Of a stretch of DNA of 61,835 nt, positions 29,789 to 38,607 are shown piece by piece; the stretch's first letter is position 1; each line of letters opens with the position of its first letter. The DNA is from Candidatus Micrarchaeota archaeon (GTDB lineage Archaea > Micrarchaeota > Micrarchaeia > Anstonellales > Bilamarchaeaceae). Location: contig JBFMEZ010000005.1 in the NCBI GenBank assembly GCA_040753215.1, forward strand, positions 1 to 61,835, in the 5' to 3' direction. The translations under genes and the position numbers were made by a program. The notes beneath the pieces were generated by a model. It searched no databases. It worked only from the letters and a program-made list of their open reading frames with translations, and had not been told where the DNA came from.

Positions 29789-30561
29789 GAGCCTGTTGCA
29801 AATTACGAATGCGGCATAATCTCTGTGGTCTCCTAGTCTTGGGGGTCTTGGAGTCTGGTGAACCTCCACGGCGTGAAGTCTTGAGTTGTCCTGAGGGTCC
29901 TGAAAGTCACACAAGACCTGAAGACCACGCAAGACTTGGAGACAACCACTGATGGGCATCGGCTTTAATAATCTCTGTGGTCTCCTAGTCTTGGGGGTCT
30001 TGGAGTCTTGCGCGTCTCCGAAGACCTGAAGACCATGCAAGACATGGAGACAACTGCAAGACCTGGTGACAACAGCTAACGGGCATCGGCTTTAATAATC
30101 TCTGGGGTCTCCAGGTCTTGGAGGTCCTGGAGTCTGGTGAACCTCCACGGCGTGAAGTCTTGAGTTGTCCTGAGGGTCCTGAAAGTCACACAAGACCTGA
30201 AGACCATGCAAGACTTGGAGACAACTGCAAGACCTGGTGACAACAGCTAACGGGCATCGGCTTTAATAATCTCTGTGGTCTCCTAGTCTTGGGGGTCCTG
30301 GAGTCTTGCGCGTCTCCGAAGACCTGAAGACCATGCAAGACATGGAGACAACCACTGATGGGCATCGGCTTTAATAATCTCTGTGGTCTCCTAGTCTTGG
30401 GGGTCTTGGAGTCTGGTGAACCTCCACGGCGTGAAGTCTTGGGTTGTCCTGAGGGTCCTGAAAGTCACACAAGACCTGAAGACCATGCAAGACATGGAGA
30501 CAACTGCAAGACCTGGTGACAACAGCTAACGGGCATCTGTTTTAAATTTGCAACACCCTAA
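29789..30561. repeat. MITE-like element expanded internally into five modular tandem units
   Basis: ends GAGCCTGTTGCAAATT / AATTTGCAACACCCT; units begin ATAATCTCT at 29816, 29968, 30095, 30266, 30374. Confidence 0.85.
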
Positions 30562-30568
30562 TCCATCC

Positions 30569-31492
30569 ATGCCTGCGACAATGCGCAAGGTATTCGAGCA
30601 GCTTTTCGATTTCTCAAAGGTCAGCCCGCTCATGGAGCAGAAGATGGTCCTGGACCAGATGCTTGTGCCGATGCTGCTCATGCAGATGCTGAGGCAGGCG
30701 GAGATGAGCTACCAGCAGATGGCGCAGGTGATGGCAGAGGAATCCGAGAAGGCGGTAAGGGAGGAGAGGGCTTCCAGGACGGAGACCAGAACCCCGGAGC
30801 AGAAAACCCGGCTTGAGACCGGGCAGGTCACGGAATTCAGCCTTCTTTATTACAACCCGGAGTTGCGGAAGGTGGAGACGGTGGAGGAAAAGCTCACGAT
30901 TAAGAGTGATTCCTATTCCGGCCCGGAGCAGCAGGCGGTGGAGGAGGCAGCGGGCCAGAAGTCCATGTACGGCCCCTACTCGCTCATTTCCAGCCCCATA
31001 ATGATGGAGAGAGTAAACCCCTACATCCTCGAATCCGTGCTCAGCAGGATAGAAGTGGAGAACCCCAAGCCGTTCGGCGGGGGCGCGGCGGTCCACATCC
31101 CTGCCCAGGCATTCGCCAGGCTTGAGCAGCGCCTCCAGAGCGAGGGCAGGGAGGATGAGATGGTTGCGCTTGATGCGCTCAGGGATTTGCAGGCGAACAG
31201 GGACCTGCTCGTGCGCGCGGCGGGAAAGCAGATAATAGTGATGGAGGAGGCGATAAAGGCCCTCCAGGAAACCGATAGGAAACAGGACAGGATAATACAG
31301 AAGCTGCCGCCCCTCTCGAGGATGAGGTACCTCGCCCTGCTGAGGAAGAAGAAGTCCATTGAGCGCACCCTCATCGCGGACCTCCTCATCGCGGATGTGG
31401 AATTCCTCGATGCGATGAGGAAAAAGCTGAAAAGGATGGGGCTGAGGGAATTCCTGGAAATAATGAAGAAGCTGAGGAAGGCTACTTCTTAG
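30569..31492 (+). CDS. hypothetical protein (Met/Gln/Glu-rich, helical)
   Basis: long ORF with genome-typical codon usage; no motif recognised. Confidence 0.7.
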   Translation: MPATMRKVFEQLFDFSKVSPLMEQKMVLDQMLVPMLLMQMLRQAEMSYQQMAQVMAEESEKAVREERASRTETRTPEQKTRLETGQVTEFSLLYYNPELRKVETVEEKLTIKSDSYSGPEQQAVEEAAGQKSMYGPYSLISSPIMMERVNPYILESVLSRIEVENPKPFGGGAAVHIPAQAFARLEQRLQSEGREDEMVALDALRDLQANRDLLVRAAGKQIIVMEEAIKALQETDRKQDRIIQKLPPLSRMRYLALLRKKKSIERTLIADLLIADVEFLDAMRKKLKRMGLREFLEIMKKLRKATS

Positions 31493-31634
31493 CCCTTATC
31501 TCCTTCTTCTTTGGCCGGAGATAGGTGGAGCCGCATTTCCTGCACTTCCCCGCGCCCGCCTTGTTCCTTCCCTTGCATCTCCTGCATATCCATATGCCCG
31601 AAATGACTGCGTCGGCTTCTGCGAATTTTCCCAT
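31482..31634 (-). CDS. rpl40e: 50S ribosomal protein L40e (not in the ORF track)
   Basis: manual translation MGKFAEADAVISGIWICRRCKGRNKAGAGKCRKCGSTYLRPKKKEIRAKK. Confidence 0.9.
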   Translation of the reverse strand: MGKFAEADAVISGIWICRRCKGRNKAGAGKCRKCGSTYLRPKKKEIRAKK

Positions 31635-31759
31635 TATCATCAACTCTGGAGAGTTCTTTCCTTTTATACCGCAACTTTTTATAAATCAAAGCCTCCGACC
31701 CCCGGGGAGGGGTTCCTCCCCCCAGTTTGATGGTCCTCCTGACCCCCACCCCACTTCAC

Positions 31760-31962
31760 TGAACCTCCACGGCTCGGTCACACCTTGTAGTCGCCTGCGT
31801 GGCGGCGATAGGTCTGCCTAGCCATTGGGTGCGGCTACAAGGTGTGAGGAAGCCTCGGCATTTATGCCGGGGAGGAGAGCCGAGGCTTCCTCTAAAGGCA
31901 GCAGGAATACATTTGCCCTTTATCTACGAAGAAGCCACGGCCTTTAGGCCGTGGAGGTTCAC
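31760..31962. mobile_element. non-autonomous hairpin element with IS200/IS605-like end motif
   Basis: TGAACCTCCACGGC...GAAGCCACGGCCTTTAGGCCGTGGAGGTTCAC; inverted relative at 51339-51459. Confidence 0.7.
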
Positions 31963-31985
31963 TGTAAGACTCTTTGCACGCACCC

Positions 31986-32528
31986 CTAGCGCCTCCCGCC
32001 CGGTTTATATTCCATTATAATCCTGTCTCTCCATGAGCCGAAATGATTGACGTATTCCTTCAGCCTTGCAACCTCTCTGAAACCGGCCTTCTCATACAAT
32101 TTTCTCGCAGGCTCGTTCCCGCCGATATGCTCGATCCACATCTTGTGCGGCCTGAACCTCTTTCTTGCGACTTCTATTCCTTTCCGCAGCAGCATTTCTC
32201 CGTACCCTTTTCCGCGGTGCTTTTTCACCACCATGAGCCCGAATGTCGCGTTGTGCCCCTGCTTGTGCCTGCCCTTCTGCACGTCGCACACGCCAGCCAG
32301 CTTTCCATCGACGGCCAGAATTATCTTTATCAGCTTTCCCGCGCCGATTTCCCTGCCCGCGGACTTTGACCATTCCTTTTCTTCACGCAGGCTAACCGGC
32401 TTGGCCATCAGTATGAGCGTCCTCTCCCTTATCGCCGAATTGATAAATTCCTGGAACTGCCTGACCCCTAGCCTGCGCACCAGCTTCTGCCATTCCGAGC
32501 TTTTTGTAATTATGAGCAGTTCTTCCAT
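31986..32528 (-). CDS. GNAT family N-acetyltransferase
   Basis: HRGKGYGEMLL, NEPARKLYEKAGF. Confidence 0.9.
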   Translation of the reverse strand: MEELLIITKSSEWQKLVRRLGVRQFQEFINSAIRERTLILMAKPVSLREEKEWSKSAGREIGAGKLIKIILAVDGKLAGVCDVQKGRHKQGHNATFGLMVVKKHRGKGYGEMLLRKGIEVARKRFRPHKMWIEHIGGNEPARKLYEKAGFREVARLKEYVNHFGSWRDRIIMEYKPGGRR

Positions 32529-32531
32529 ATT

Positions 32532-32693
32532 AGCCCCAGAGGGAAATTGAATCCCCGACCTCTCGCTTTCCCGTTACCGGTTTCCGCATCTCTGCGGAGA
32601 TGACTGGCAGAAACCTGCTGGTTTCCGCCATCCTGTTTCCAGTTTCCCGGACTGGATTACAAGGCGAGCGCTCTACCACTGAGCTACTGGGGC
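32532..32693 (-). tRNA. tRNA-Thr(UGU) with a 90-nt intron (32568-32657) at position 37/38
   Basis: exon 1 GCCCCAGTAGCTCAGTGGTAGAGCGCTCGCCTTGTA; exon 2 AGCGAGAGGTCGGGGATTCAATTTCCCTCTGGGGCT. Confidence 0.88.
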
Positions 32694-32823
32694 GGCAAGA
32701 GGAAGAGGGGGCTCCGCCCCCATTCGCTCTCCGCCCCTCTTCCTTACTTCTCCTTACAACGGGGCGTCGACCGAACTCCTCTCTTTAGCGTAATCATACC
32801 TCCCCCGCTTATTTCTTAAAATA

Positions 32824-32994
32824 TTACTCTTTCTTTTTTGTGAGCAGGTAGAGCGTGAGCAGGAGAAGCCCGAGCGCGATTGCCGCCAACGCTATCCCTG
32901 CGGCTACCTTGAAAGAGCCGAGGACCGCTGAATAGAACTCCTGTAGCATGTCCTTTCCGGCATCCCGCGCCGCATTGAGCAGGCCTCCCGCCAT
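32824..32994 (-). CDS. 56-aa single-TM small protein
   Basis: manual translation MAGGLLNAARDAGKDMLQEFYSAVLGSFKVAAGIALAAIALGLLLLTLYLLTKKKE. Confidence 0.6.
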   Translation of the reverse strand: MAGGLLNAARDAGKDMLQEFYSAVLGSFKVAAGIALAAIALGLLLLTLYLLTKKKE

Positions 32995-33002
32995 GGCTTT
33001 AT

Positions 33003-33173
33003 TTAGGGTGTTGCAAATTTAAAACCGATGCCCGTTAGCTGTTGTCACCAGGTCTTGCAGTTGTCTCCATGTCTTGCATGGTCTTCAGGTCTTCGGAGAC
33101 GCGCAAGACTCCAGGACCTCCAAGACCTGGAGACCACAGAGATTATGCCGCATTCGTAATTTGCAACAGGCTC
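33003..33173. repeat. single-unit, inverted copy of the 29.8-kb MITE-like element
   Basis: same terminal sequences and one internal unit, reverse-complemented. Confidence 0.88.
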
Positions 33174-33237
33174 TTTATTTCGCCCGCCCTGATTTAAAAT
33201 CTTATCCTGCACAATCTACTTTCCAAAAGGTGCAAAG

Positions 33238-33981
33238 ATGGTCAGCAAGGGAGACATGCTGCTGCTGGAGCTGGAGGGAAGGGACGAGGACGGGAACGTG
33301 TTCGATTCCACTTCCGGCGAGACAGCGAGGAAGCTCCACGGCAGGGAGGGCCCGCTCCTCCTCGCATTCGGGACGGACCGGCTGATACCCGGGCTTTTCG
33401 AGGCCGTGGGCCAGATGAAGAAAGGGGAGAGGAGGGAGGTTTCGCTGCCGCCCGAGAAGGCGTTCGGGAAGAGGAAGAAGGAGCTTTTGAGGGTGATGTC
33501 CTTTGCGGAGTTCCGGAAGTACCGCGTGAACCCCGAGCCGGGGCTCGTGATACATGTGGATACGGACAGGGAAAGGATGTACGGCACCGTGAGGAGCGTG
33601 GGCAACGGAAGGGTGATGGTCGATTTCAACCACCCCTTCGCAGGCCATTCGGTTTCATACAGGCTTTTTGTCGTTGATGTTTTCAGCGACACGGAATCCA
33701 AGGTTAAGGCGCTCTGCGCCGATTCCGGCGTCGTTGAGAAATGCGAGCTTAAGGACGGCACGCTGAGCCTTAAATTCAGGGAAGGCGGCGGCCAGGAGCA
33801 CGAGACGAGGAAGGCGCTGCTGCTTGTTGCGCTCAAGACCAGGGTGGAAGGGCTGAAGAAGATAGACATAGGCAGGCGGGAAGAAATAGGGGGGGCAGCC
33901 GGAGCATCCGGTTTCCAGCCACCGGTTTCCGGTTCCGGAAAGCCGAAAACGGGAAACCCGAAACGGGAAACAGGAAACTGA
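33238..33981 (+). CDS. FKBP-type peptidyl-prolyl isomerase (SlyD-like), heptamer-repeat-derived C-terminal tail
   Basis: GNVFDST, LIPGL, PPEKAFG, VDFNHPFAG. Confidence 0.9.
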   Translation: MVSKGDMLLLELEGRDEDGNVFDSTSGETARKLHGREGPLLLAFGTDRLIPGLFEAVGQMKKGERREVSLPPEKAFGKRKKELLRVMSFAEFRKYRVNPEPGLVIHVDTDRERMYGTVRSVGNGRVMVDFNHPFAGHSVSYRLFVVDVFSDTESKVKALCADSGVVEKCELKDGTLSLKFREGGGQEHETRKALLLVALKTRVEGLKKIDIGRREEIGGAAGASGFQPPVSGSGKPKTGNPKRETGN

Positions 33982-33982
33982 C

Positions 33983-34750
33983 ATGTGCAGGCTCTGCTCA
34001 GCCCTCGCGAACTCCTCCTATCTTACTAAAATGGATGCCATGGTGCAGGAGGACCTCGCCAGGATTGGGCGCTCTAAATCCTTCCTTGAAAAATTCCCCT
34101 CGGTGAAAAATTCCCTTCTAACGACCCTCGATTTCCCGCTGAAAATCCGCAGGCCGCTCTTCGAGGCGAGGAATGCATACACGCTCATAAACAACTATTT
34201 CCAGCAGCTTATGCTGGACGGGAACAAGATGGGCGCGATGTTCTCGCACGGCTCCACCCGCTCCATCTTCTTCCCAGGGAATTACATGGTATTGCTCAGC
34301 AAGTCCGTTGCGCAGGAGGCGGGGGTGGATTTCTTCGGCCATTACCTCCTTTTCCATTTCACAAGGGACGAGTATAAGGCGAAATGGGACGGGGCGAACC
34401 TCTCCCTCTCGGTGGATTGCAGGAAGAAGGCGAAAAACCTCCTCTCCGGGGAAACTGGGGAGCATGCAATCTCGTTCAACTTCCTGCACCAGCCGGTTGA
34501 AGGGCGCATAATGAAGAAAGAGGAGGCGATGCGCTCCGACTACGTAAGGAAAATATACGGGGCGAGGGGCGGGATGGAGAACGTTTTCGCCTCGGCGGAC
34601 CTGGAGGGCTACGTGATAACCGTGCCGCATTTCTCCCCGCACCCTTATCTTCTGCAGGCGGGGCCGGAGCTCGGGCACCCGACCAACAGGCACTTCCAGG
34701 AGCACGTGCTGGATTACCTGCTTGAGCATCTCAATATCCAGAAGAAGTAG
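33983..34750 (+). CDS. hypothetical protein
   Basis: 255-aa ORF starting directly after the PPIase gene. Confidence 0.7.
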   Translation: MCRLCSALANSSYLTKMDAMVQEDLARIGRSKSFLEKFPSVKNSLLTTLDFPLKIRRPLFEARNAYTLINNYFQQLMLDGNKMGAMFSHGSTRSIFFPGNYMVLLSKSVAQEAGVDFFGHYLLFHFTRDEYKAKWDGANLSLSVDCRKKAKNLLSGETGEHAISFNFLHQPVEGRIMKKEEAMRSDYVRKIYGARGGMENVFASADLEGYVITVPHFSPHPYLLQAGPELGHPTNRHFQEHVLDYLLEHLNIQKK

Positions 34751-35399
34751 AAGCCGGTTTTTCGTATCTCTTCTCAATCACGTTCCTTATTGCCCGCGCC
34801 CTCGTCTTCCCCAGCCCCTCCACTTTGAGCAATTCATCCTCGCTCGCATCGAATACCGCCCCGACGCTGCCGAAATGCTCCAGGAGAGAGTCCGCAATCT
34901 TCGGCCCGATCATCGGCAGCATCTCAACAATCGCCTTCTGGTTCTGCGAGATGGTCAGCCCCTTCCGGGCCCCGGTCACCCGCATGGGCTTCTTCTCCGC
35001 GAGCTGCTCATGCTTCGCGATATGGAAAATCAGCTCGGCGGTCTTCTCCGGATTCCTCGTAAAGAATATGGAGGCGCCGAAATCCGCGAGCACGGAGGAG
35101 TATGCGCCCATGAGGGATTCTTTCGTGAGAATCCCCGCGCCACCCTCCCCTTCCACGATGACTACGACGCGCGGGTAGCTTTCCTTCAGCCTCTTGAGCT
35201 GCTCGAAAAGGCGCATGTCCATCACCGATTTCTCGAAGTCGTCGCGCGTCTTCCTCTCCACCGCGACCCTCTCGGAACAAACAAAATCAGCAACTGGCAG
35301 GGTGCCCTCTTCCACTTCGGCCCCAAGCCCTTTCAGCAATTCCGCGAACCCCTCTTCCCGCTTGTCAATCGCAATCCTTACCACGGGTTCTTCCATCAT
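34731..35399 (-). CDS. xpf: XPF/ERCC4 structure-specific endonuclease (short form with HhH motifs)
   Basis: IDKRE, ADF, VERKTRDDF, VIVEG, two HhH motifs. Confidence 0.9.
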   Translation of the reverse strand: MMEEPVVRIAIDKREEGFAELLKGLGAEVEEGTLPVADFVCSERVAVERKTRDDFEKSVMDMRLFEQLKRLKESYPRVVVIVEGEGGAGILTKESLMGAYSSVLADFGASIFFTRNPEKTAELIFHIAKHEQLAEKKPMRVTGARKGLTISQNQKAIVEMLPMIGPKIADSLLEHFGSVGAVFDASEDELLKVEGLGKTRARAIRNVIEKRYEKPASTSSGY

Positions 35400-36076
35400 G
35401 CGACGCCCTTTATGTACTCTTCTATCTCCCTGAAGCTTATCGCGCACCCGGCGCTCTTCAGCCTGTAAAGCGCCGCCTCCGCCACTTCCTTTTCAATCTC
35501 GTCAAAATGCTTCAGGAAGCCCTTCTCGTACGCCACGATTAGCGCCTCCGTGCTCCTTACCACGGTTATCCCCTTCGTAAGCTCCTGCAGCTTCTCCAGG
35601 TTCTCCCTGTTCACCATTATGTTCACACGCAGCTCCTTCTCCAGGTGGTCCTTCAGGTTCATGGGCGCTTCTATGAGGAGCCGCATAGTCCTCTCGTCCA
35701 TCAGCACGCTCCCGACGCCGAGTTCCCCAGCGAGCGCGGCCATCTCAAGCTCCCCCGCCTGCACCAGCCTGAGCGGCCGGCCCCGCGCAAAGAAGAGCGA
35801 GTTCGCCACCTTCCCGAGCTCCTGCGTCTTTCCGGCCACGTCCGCATCCACCTTCTCCAGTATCCTGTCATTAAGCATGTCCTTTATCTTGAGGGCGGAG
35901 AACCTGTAGTCCCTGTTCGGTATGTGCAGCGGCTTGTCCACGCATTCCTGCACGACCGAATTGGGCACGATGAAACGTGCCCCAGCCTTCTCCCTGAGGA
36001 AATAGAAAACATGCGCCAGGCATGCATCGGTGAGGGAGATGATCGCACTGGAGTCGCAGACCACGTCGCGCGCCAT
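35396..36076 (-). CDS. PIN-domain-like protein
   Basis: VVCDSSAII, VPNSVVQE, GELE, LMDER. Confidence 0.7.
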   Translation of the reverse strand: MARDVVCDSSAIISLTDACLAHVFYFLREKAGARFIVPNSVVQECVDKPLHIPNRDYRFSALKIKDMLNDRILEKVDADVAGKTQELGKVANSLFFARGRPLRLVQAGELEMAALAGELGVGSVLMDERTMRLLIEAPMNLKDHLEKELRVNIMVNRENLEKLQELTKGITVVRSTEALIVAYEKGFLKHFDEIEKEVAEAALYRLKSAGCAISFREIEEYIKGVA

Positions 36077-36189
36077 CCTATCCCCCTCCTTTTTCACTCG
36101 CCTCACCTCCGCACAGCGTCGGTTCGGCTCTGCCTGTAGTCCCGGGTAAAAAGGAGCCCAAAAACACCCCGTTTTCCATCCTATCCCCC
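36073..36189. repeat. CTCCTTTTT...AAAAAGGAGCCCAAAAAC element flanked by a 14-bp gene-junction duplication
   Basis: CCATCCTATCCCCC at 36073-36086 and 36176-36189. Confidence 0.75.
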
Positions 36190-36720
36190 GAATATTTTCT
36201 TCGCCTTCCTGACGCGCTCCGAAATGCCCACCGCCTCCGCCACCCTGTCCGCCATCATCGTCTTTCCCGAGTAGTCCATTATGTCCTGCTTGGAAATCCC
36301 GGTCAGGTCCGCGGCAAGGGACAGGCTCATCCCCTGCGCATACAGGATTGCGGCGGTCTTAAGCTTCCCCTTCTCCACCAGCGTCTTGACGAACCTGGGG
36401 TCCTCGCTCTCCATCTCCCTTATCGTCTCCTCCAGGTTGTCCGCCGCCGTATCGTATTCCTCGGGCCTCGCCGCGCTGGCCTCCATGTGCGCGAGTATCT
36501 GCGCAATCCTCTCGAGGCTTTCCCTGTACGCCCTCCCGTAAAACCTCGGCTTCGCCAGTATTTTGGACAGCACGTACGCTGCAACCGCCAGCTTGAACAT
36601 CCCGCCCGAAAAAGAGAGCATCAGCTCTTCCACGATCTTGTCGTGCGCCTTCCTCATCCTCTTCTGGTTTTTCTTCGAAAAAGCTTCCAGGACCTCGTGC
36701 GTTAGCTCTTTGAGGGGCAT
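36181..36720 (-). CDS. hypothetical protein with C-terminal HTH-like segment
   Basis: LYAQGMSLSLAADLTGISKQDI. Confidence 0.7.
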   Translation of the reverse strand: MPLKELTHEVLEAFSKKNQKRMRKAHDKIVEELMLSFSGGMFKLAVAAYVLSKILAKPRFYGRAYRESLERIAQILAHMEASAARPEEYDTAADNLEETIREMESEDPRFVKTLVEKGKLKTAAILYAQGMSLSLAADLTGISKQDIMDYSGKTMMADRVAEAVGISERVRKAKKIFGG

Positions 36721-36867
36721 AAAATCACATTTTTTAGCGGGAGAGCGCAGATAGGTTTAAAAAACCTATCATGATTATATCATGATTGTTGCAGCGCTTT
36801 GCCGCAACAGCCAGCGCACATCTGCCCGGCCGGTGCCGGCCAGAAGCGAGACGCACGGAAGATTGGA

Positions 36868-37281
36868 ATGGATACGAAGGATAGGTTTAAAAGCGTAAGC
36901 AGCCCGGCACTGCGGGAAAAAATCTCCGCAGACCTCCAGCAGAACCTGGAGAAGTTCAGGGACCCGGTGGTTCTCGGGGAGCTGATGTTCCAGCTCCTTG
37001 AAGAGAGGGAGAACACGAACCGGATACTGAAGAACATCCTCCAGCGGCTCGAGGCGATCGAGAAGCCTGCGGGCCCGGAGGAGCCGCTGCTCCCCGAGCT
37101 TGACGAGAAGATAATGGATTTCGTCAGGAAGAGGGGAAAGGCGACCGCGGAAGAGGTGCAGGCGGAGTTCGGGTACAGGGGAAGGAACGGCGCAAGCTCG
37201 CGCCTCAACCGCCTCTGCATGCTCGGGATGCTCGCAAAAAGGCAGGCGGGGAGGAAGGTTTTCTTCCTTCCGCAACAGTGA
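36868..37281 (+). CDS. coiled-coil plus winged-helix protein
   Basis: LDEKIMDFVR..ATAEEV..ASSRLNRL..GML. Confidence 0.75.
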   Translation: MDTKDRFKSVSSPALREKISADLQQNLEKFRDPVVLGELMFQLLEERENTNRILKNILQRLEAIEKPAGPEEPLLPELDEKIMDFVRKRGKATAEEVQAEFGYRGRNGASSRLNRLCMLGMLAKRQAGRKVFFLPQQ

Positions 37282-37633
37282 ATTCACGCGTACCAGCTGG
37301 CAAGGCTAGGAGGGAGAAGGAAGATTCTCATCAACCCCCACCCCATTTCCTTCTCCCTAGCCTCCCACACTCCTTTTTTCTCGCCTCAGCCCGGCATCTG
37401 CATCGCTGCGGCGATGTCTGGCAGAATTCTGTGGAATTCCGCCACAGCCTCGCTTCGGCTCTGCCGTTGGGTATGCCCTGCGGGGCAAGCAAAAAGGAGC
37501 CCAAAAACCTCCAACTACTAATGCTGATTTTGTATTTTGTCCATAGACAATAAACAAAAAGGAGGGGGAGCTTCCCCTTGCTCCCCCACCCCAATGGGCC
37601 TCGCGGCCCCCGATTCCGCCCCTTTCCAAGCCC

Positions 37634-37744
37634 CTAGAAGAGGAAGTTCATCCTCGGGCTCTTGTACTTCTTATCGCAGTAGCTTGTCTTCCTCAGGGAA
37701 TCGAGCCCCTCCGCGATTTTCCTGCTCAGCTCCTCCATATCCAT
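37634..37744 (-). CDS. 36-aa small protein
   Basis: MDMEELSRKIAEGLDSLRKTSYCDKKYKSPRMNFLF preceded by GGTGGG and an upstream TTATAAA-like box. Confidence 0.5.
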   Translation of the reverse strand: MDMEELSRKIAEGLDSLRKTSYCDKKYKSPRMNFLF

Positions 37745-37848
37745 CCCACCACCCGCAAGGTGCACAAAAGCGATTTATAAGAAAACCTGTAATGTGGGGC
37801 TGAACAACTCTGCAAACACTTAAAAATCCAAACTCCCATATCTTCCCC

Positions 37849-38583
37849 ATGGACAGGGGGAAGGTGAAGGGTGCGCTGGCACTCGTTGGGCTCACGCCCA
37901 TAGACTCGGACATCTACCTCTACGTATCCGCAAACCCGAACTGCAGGGCCGGCAGGATAATCTCGGAGCTGGACCTTAACCGCTCAAAGGTCTACGATTC
38001 CCTCAACAAGCTCACAAAGATGGGGCTGCTCTCCTGCGTGCTCACGAACTATGTGAAGAGGTATGCATCCACCGGCCCGGAGATGCTCCGCAGGACCTAC
38101 GAGAGCAAGTCCGAGGCGATGGGCGAAACGATAAATTACCTGTCGTCCCTCGGCATCCAGGAGGCCAGGGGGCTGAAGATAAGGATGGTGGAGGGCGAGG
38201 AGGGGTACAAGTCCGTCAAGGACGAGTTCCTCTCCCAGCTCAAGAAAGGGGACGAGCTGCTGATAATGGGCGCGCCGCTTGTGGTGTTCGAGCGGCTTGA
38301 ATACTACCTCCTGCAGTTCCACAAGAGGAGGAGGGCCATGGGCGTGGACATGCGCGCCATCTACAACACCGACGTGAAGAAGTTCGGAAGGATACGCGAG
38401 AAGTGGAGCCGCACGCAGGTCCGCTACCTGCACAAGGGCGCCTCAGCCTGGGTGGAGATATTCCGTGACAGCATCATGATCCCGATCTTCTCGGAGCGCG
38501 TGGTTACCATAGCGGTGTCTGACCCCGCAATCGCCTCCTCCTTCCGCGACTATTTCGAGGTACTCTGGAAAAGCTCAAGATAG
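37849..38583 (+). CDS. TrmB-family transcriptional regulator
   Basis: GLTPIDSDIY..LNRSKVYDSLNKL..GL wHTH; C-terminal YFEVLW. Confidence 0.85.
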   Translation: MDRGKVKGALALVGLTPIDSDIYLYVSANPNCRAGRIISELDLNRSKVYDSLNKLTKMGLLSCVLTNYVKRYASTGPEMLRRTYESKSEAMGETINYLSSLGIQEARGLKIRMVEGEEGYKSVKDEFLSQLKKGDELLIMGAPLVVFERLEYYLLQFHKRRRAMGVDMRAIYNTDVKKFGRIREKWSRTQVRYLHKGASAWVEIFRDSIMIPIFSERVVTIAVSDPAIASSFRDYFEVLWKSSR

Positions 38584-38607
38584 CTATTTATAGTGTGCGC
38601 AGGAAAT

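Noticed and set aside
29789..30561. CRISPR array
   Set aside because: The units are 108-171 bp and built from recurring modules, with no unique spacers and no cas genes in the window.
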